The notes below the pieces were generated by a model, which was given only the letters and a program-made list of their open reading frames with translations, did not search any database and was not told the DNA's origin. The translations under genes were made by a program, and so were the position numbers. A DNA stretch of 63,380 bases, the filler included, from Nemertoderma westbladi (taxonomy: Eukaryota; Animalia; Xenacoelomorpha): assembly GCA_032718475.1 (NCBI GenBank). It is 4 parts of 4 records of this genome, joined end to end, with 100 filler letters (N's around TTAATTAATTAA, not from the genome) between each part and the next. Parts side by side here need not be neighbours in the genome. Positions count along the whole stretch, not along the records: positions 41,362 to 60,707 come from JAUCBJ010006801.1; positions 60,808 to 63,380 come from JAUCBJ010005766.1; 2 more parts are not named here. One strand, given 5' to 3'. Of the stretch, positions 59,480-63,380 are shown piece by piece (the stretch's first letter is position 1; every line of letters begins with the position of its first letter).

Positions 59480-60290
59480 GTAGGCAGAAGTTAGGGAGTG
59501 TGGTACATTGACATACCATGAGAGTTGTAGTGTATATAGTACCATAGGCAGAAATTAGGGAGGGTGGTATATTGACATACCACGAGAGTAGCGGGGTACA
59601 TAGTACCATTAGAGTAAGAAGTTAGAAATTAGTAGAAGTCAGTAAGGGTAAGAGGAGAGTTAGAAGTTAGTAAGAGTTAGTAAGAAGTAAGAATGTTAGA
59701 AAGTTAGTAGAAGTTATTTAGAGTAAGAGGAGAGTTAGAAGTTAGTGAGAGTAAGAGAAGAGTTAAGTTAGAGATTAGGGAGTGTGGTATATAGACATAC
59801 CACGAGAGTAGTAGTAGGGTACATAGTACCGAGAGAGTTAGGGGTTGTGGGCACCGAAAGCACCACATAGTAAGAGAGTAGAGGGTATGATATGTAGGTA
59901 TACCATAGAAGTAGTAGCAGTGGGGTTGTGGGCACCGAAAGCGCCAGGTAGTAAGATAGTAGAGGGTATGGTATGTAGGTATACCATAGAAGTAGTAGCA
60001 GAGGGGTTGTGGGCACCAAAAGCGCCACGTAGTAAGAGAGTTAGAGGGTATGGTATGTAGGGTAGGTATACCATAGAGGTAGTAGCAGAGGGGTTGTGGG
60101 CACCGAAAGCGCCACGTAGTGAGAGAGTGAAGGGTGTGGTATGTAGGTATTAGGTAGTAGCATTATGTAGGTAGTAGCAGTATTAGGGTACATAGTACCA
60201 AGTTAGAAGTTGTGGGCACCGAGAGCCCACATAGTAAGAAAGTAAAGGGTATGTAGGCATACCATAGTAGTAGTAGGGTACATAGTAAGA
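59480..60290 (+). repeat. Purine-rich degenerate repeats, including ~80-bp double-hairpin units
   Basis: GTTGTGGGCACCGAAAGC recurs at ~59844, 59924, 60005, 60092 and 60208. Confidence 0.8.
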
Positions 60291-60707
60291 AGGAAGTAGA
60301 AAGGTAGATAGGATAATAGCACAGACAGGGGTAACATAAGAAAAATAAAATAAAATCAAGAAAAATTGGCACTTTGGGAGTGGTAGAGAACACAGGACAT
60401 TGTGGAGCAGTGGGGATGGGCCAGCTCATGGGCCTTGTCTGCCACAAGCCAATGGACTGGGGCAAGTTCCGGGAGGAGCACAGAGCGGGCACGGAACATT
60501 GTGAAGCAGTGGAGATGGGCCAGCTCATGGGGCTTGTCTGCCACAAGCTGATGGACTGGGGTAAGTTCAGGGAGGAGTACGGAGCGAAACTGGCGAACTC
60601 GCTGAAGTGGGGAGCGAGGCCAGGGAAACAGGAGGTGTATCAGTTCCGGATATTGCGATAAAGATATATCAGAAGAGATATATCATACATGAGGATTGGA
60701 TAATGAT

Positions 60708-60807
60708 NNNNNNNNNNNNNNNNNNNNNNNNNNNNNNNNNNNNNNNNNNNNTTAATTAATTAANNNNNNNNNNNNNNNNNNNNNNNNNNNNNNNNNNNNN
60801 NNNNNNN
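60708..60807. other. Assembly gap linker
   Basis: N44-TTAATTAATTAA-N44. Confidence 0.97.
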
Positions 60808-62279
60808 CACCACACCGTATATTATTAACCTCCATTCATCACACCCTCACCAATAATAATGTAACATAGATAGAACATTTCAGTTTTTAATTTCAATTCA
60901 TTTGGTAAACATTTTTTCTAGTTTTTCGGATGTTAATTTAAAAATAATTTAATTTAAAGTAGATAATCTTTGATTGGAATGAAGTCAACAGAAGTGGAGC
61001 TGTGTTTGTTATCAAGTAGGCCTATCCAATTATCTGGGTTAACAAGTTCGTTGTTTATGGCTTCAATTAGTGTTTCGTGATTCGATTGGTATGATGGTAA
61101 AGTAGATTGGTGTGGTCTCATCGGCAAATAGGTTTTAGTTGAGTATAATATTTGGGGCGAGGTCATAAGCGGCAATTTTCAGTAGTTTGATTGGTAAACT
61201 GTCATTAGTTTAGTATCTAATTACAAAAGAGTTATGTTTTCTGTGGTTAATATATCGTGTATATCGTATATCGTGTATAGTACAGTAGTATATCGTGGAT
61301 CGCGGTTAGTGGGTCGAAGTGATCCATCTAATTGAGGTCCTTCAGTAGGCCTACAGTATGTCCGCAAAGATCTTATACATTCGTATTCCGTTAGGTGGCG
61401 TTTTAGTTTACAAGGTGTTTACTGTATAAGTGATTTAGTTAAGTAGTGCAGTGTTTATGGTTTGCCAAGTTTTGCTTATGATATCTATTCATTTTTTAAT
61501 TCAGCATGATGATGATTTTTTTCAGCTACTCTTAAAAATATTTGAATTTGTTCCGTTGCATTGTATAATAATCAGATTTTTCCTAGGGTTATTGCGTAAA
61601 ATGTATTTTTTATTGTTATTGATTTAATAAGACTTTCATTTATCCACGTTTTTTTTGTTATTTTTTCGATAAAGATAAAATATAAAGGCATTATTAATGG
61701 TGGACGAGCTTCACCATTTGCATTGACACTTATTTGCTGGGGGACTTATATGTTCTGATTTTGCAGCTTTGGTTTGTGAAGCCCGAGGCCTATGGTTAGC
61801 ACATTACATTACATTTGGAACTATTGCAGAAAAGTATCTTTGTCAATGGCTGTTCATCACTGTTTCGAATCACGTCTGGATGAAGATTTCATTCTCAATT
61901 CTTGCTTCTATAAAGTTCTTCTTACACTCTTGAAATTCTCCCATTTGGTATCAATCTTTATCAATGCTCTCGACTTGTCGATGTGGTTTCAGAGTACGTA
62001 AACTGAATGCCGACTCTGAGCCAGTAATACATTTCAGAAGATATACCTGTTCGGTTATTTTTAATTTTTAAACCTGGTTCTCGATATGTCCTTTTCAACG
62101 TTTGACAAGCTATAATGCCCCCTTGCATAATTCATAACATTTATTTTCGGAGTTAGTTATATTTGAGATAATAATAATGATAATATCGCGCCTATATGTA
62201 TGCATTGTTATAGGCGCACACCAATCAATAAAAGGTCTGGTAATAAAACCTACATATAAAACGGAATACAGTTTATGGT

Positions 62280-62730
62280 CTATATACACAGTAAAAAGTT
62301 GATACTAGGGTCTAATTAAAGATTTATAAAAATAGTAGGTCTTTAATCTGGTCTTAATCGATGCTAGGGGCGGTGCTGAACGAACTTCGTTTGGCAGTGA
62401 ATTCCATACCAACGGGGCAGAGACAGAAGAGCCCTCTTTCCATAATAATCTAGTCTATGTCATTGGACATTCAGGTTACCGGCGCGGCGTGGCGCAAACC
62501 GCGTGAGGGAGATTACATTATAAGGTTAGTAAGATACACCGGCGCCATGTTGTTGAGGATACACTTCTTGTACGTGTATACAGCAATGTTAAAATCAAAC
62601 CTGCGTGAAATCGGTAACCAATGTACTTGTTTAAGGAATGGAGTAATATGTAGGCGGTGTAATGTACACAATATTAGGGCAGTAGAATTCTGAAAATATT
62701 GCAATCGTTATAAAAGTTTCCTTGGTTAAC
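62280..62730 (-). pseudogene. 3' end of an L2/CR1-group LINE ORF2
   Basis: LQYFQNS..LI....HITPFLKQVHWLPI..R.....Y......AP.YL is the typical L2/Crack C-terminus. Confidence 0.8.
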
Positions 62731-62793
62731 CTTAAGAGGGCGTTATTGTTATCAAGCTTATTGGTAATAATGAATAATAATAATGAAAAATTA

Positions 62794-63380
62794 AATGGTC
62801 GTGGGACCAAGGAGCCCATTTTGGCACTTAGAAGGGTAATTGAAGAATTATCAAAAAAGAAAGACAGGCACCTGGCTGTTATCTTTGTTGATTTCTTCAA
62901 GGCCTTTGATTCAGTCTCTCGCTCACGTATGTTCAGCATACTTTCATTATATAGGATTCCTGATGAAATTATTGCAGCAATCAGATCAGTATACGATGGT
63001 TCGACAACATTTGTGTCTACTGTTGACGGTGACATAGAACCATTTGAAGTGTTATGGGGCGTCCTCCAGGGAGACACACTTGCACCATTCTTGTTTATAA
63101 TTGTGGTTGACGATGTTCTACGCATGTCCTTAGATCATCATAATGATGATGGGGTGATGATAACTCCACCTACTGGCTCCAGAAGTCGAGGAAATCCTGC
63201 CAAGTACCTAACTGATCTAGAATTTGCTGATGACTTAGGAGTACTCTCAGAATCACTAGAGGGAGCCCAACGGCTCCTCAGCTCATTAGAACATGTTGCC
63301 TCTAGTGTTGGACTTTTAATTAACTCCAGAAAGACCAAAATTTTGACAGTTAACTTTGAAAGTCGTCAGCAAGTCTCTGA
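62794..63380 (+). mobile_element. RTE LINE RT fragment running off the window
   Basis: EPILALRRVIEE...FVDFFKAFDSV...GVLQGDTLAPFLF...EFADDLG. Its end overlaps the 16250 fragment family. Confidence 0.9.

Larger units (their letters stand above)
49603..60707 (+). mobile_element. BEL/Pao-family copy 2: 5' LTR (49603-50064 plus 53774-53960), decayed gag-protease, long non-coding 3' part, cut by a gap
   Basis: LTR TGTAAG...CCGTCACA. BEL gag-like LKYLQVYTGGPA...AWRALDREYG (57118-57681), knuckles C..H...H....C and CHRC..GH....C, protease LVDSGA, and TPFGWTLSGP (~58610). No RT or IN seen before the gap. Confidence 0.85.

Overview
AT-rich eukaryotic (metazoan, probably invertebrate) genomic DNA from a draft assembly. 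Three 100-bp gap linkers (N44-TTAATTAATTAA-N44) split it into four contig pieces. Most of the window is nested, decayed transposable elements: three copies of a BEL/Pao-type LTR family, a near-complete RTE LINE plus fragments, a Penelope element interrupted by a Gypsy element, piggyBac, Harbinger, P/THAP9 and Academ-like relics, SINEs, MITEs and satellites. Two long uninterrupted host-like ORFs lie on the minus strand: a ~2330-aa protein with acidic repeats, two B-box/coiled-coil modules and a propeller-like tail, and a 1007-aa protein with Q/P/H/M repeats and four Cys-bearing cold-shock-like domains. The two strongest leads are non-coding. (1) A covarying, G·U-supported RNA motif (stem-GCAGAWG...CCAATGG-stem) occurs four times: twice in the RTE 5' UTR and twice in a 454-bp TSD-flanked non-coding retroposon made only of such 5'-UTR sequence. 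(2) The BEL-type elements have no tRNA primer site; instead a 10-nt PBS covaries with a perfectly complementary 10-mer inside their own LTR, the signature of Tf1-like self-primed reverse transcription. All family assignments come from reading motifs by eye; no database searches were run.
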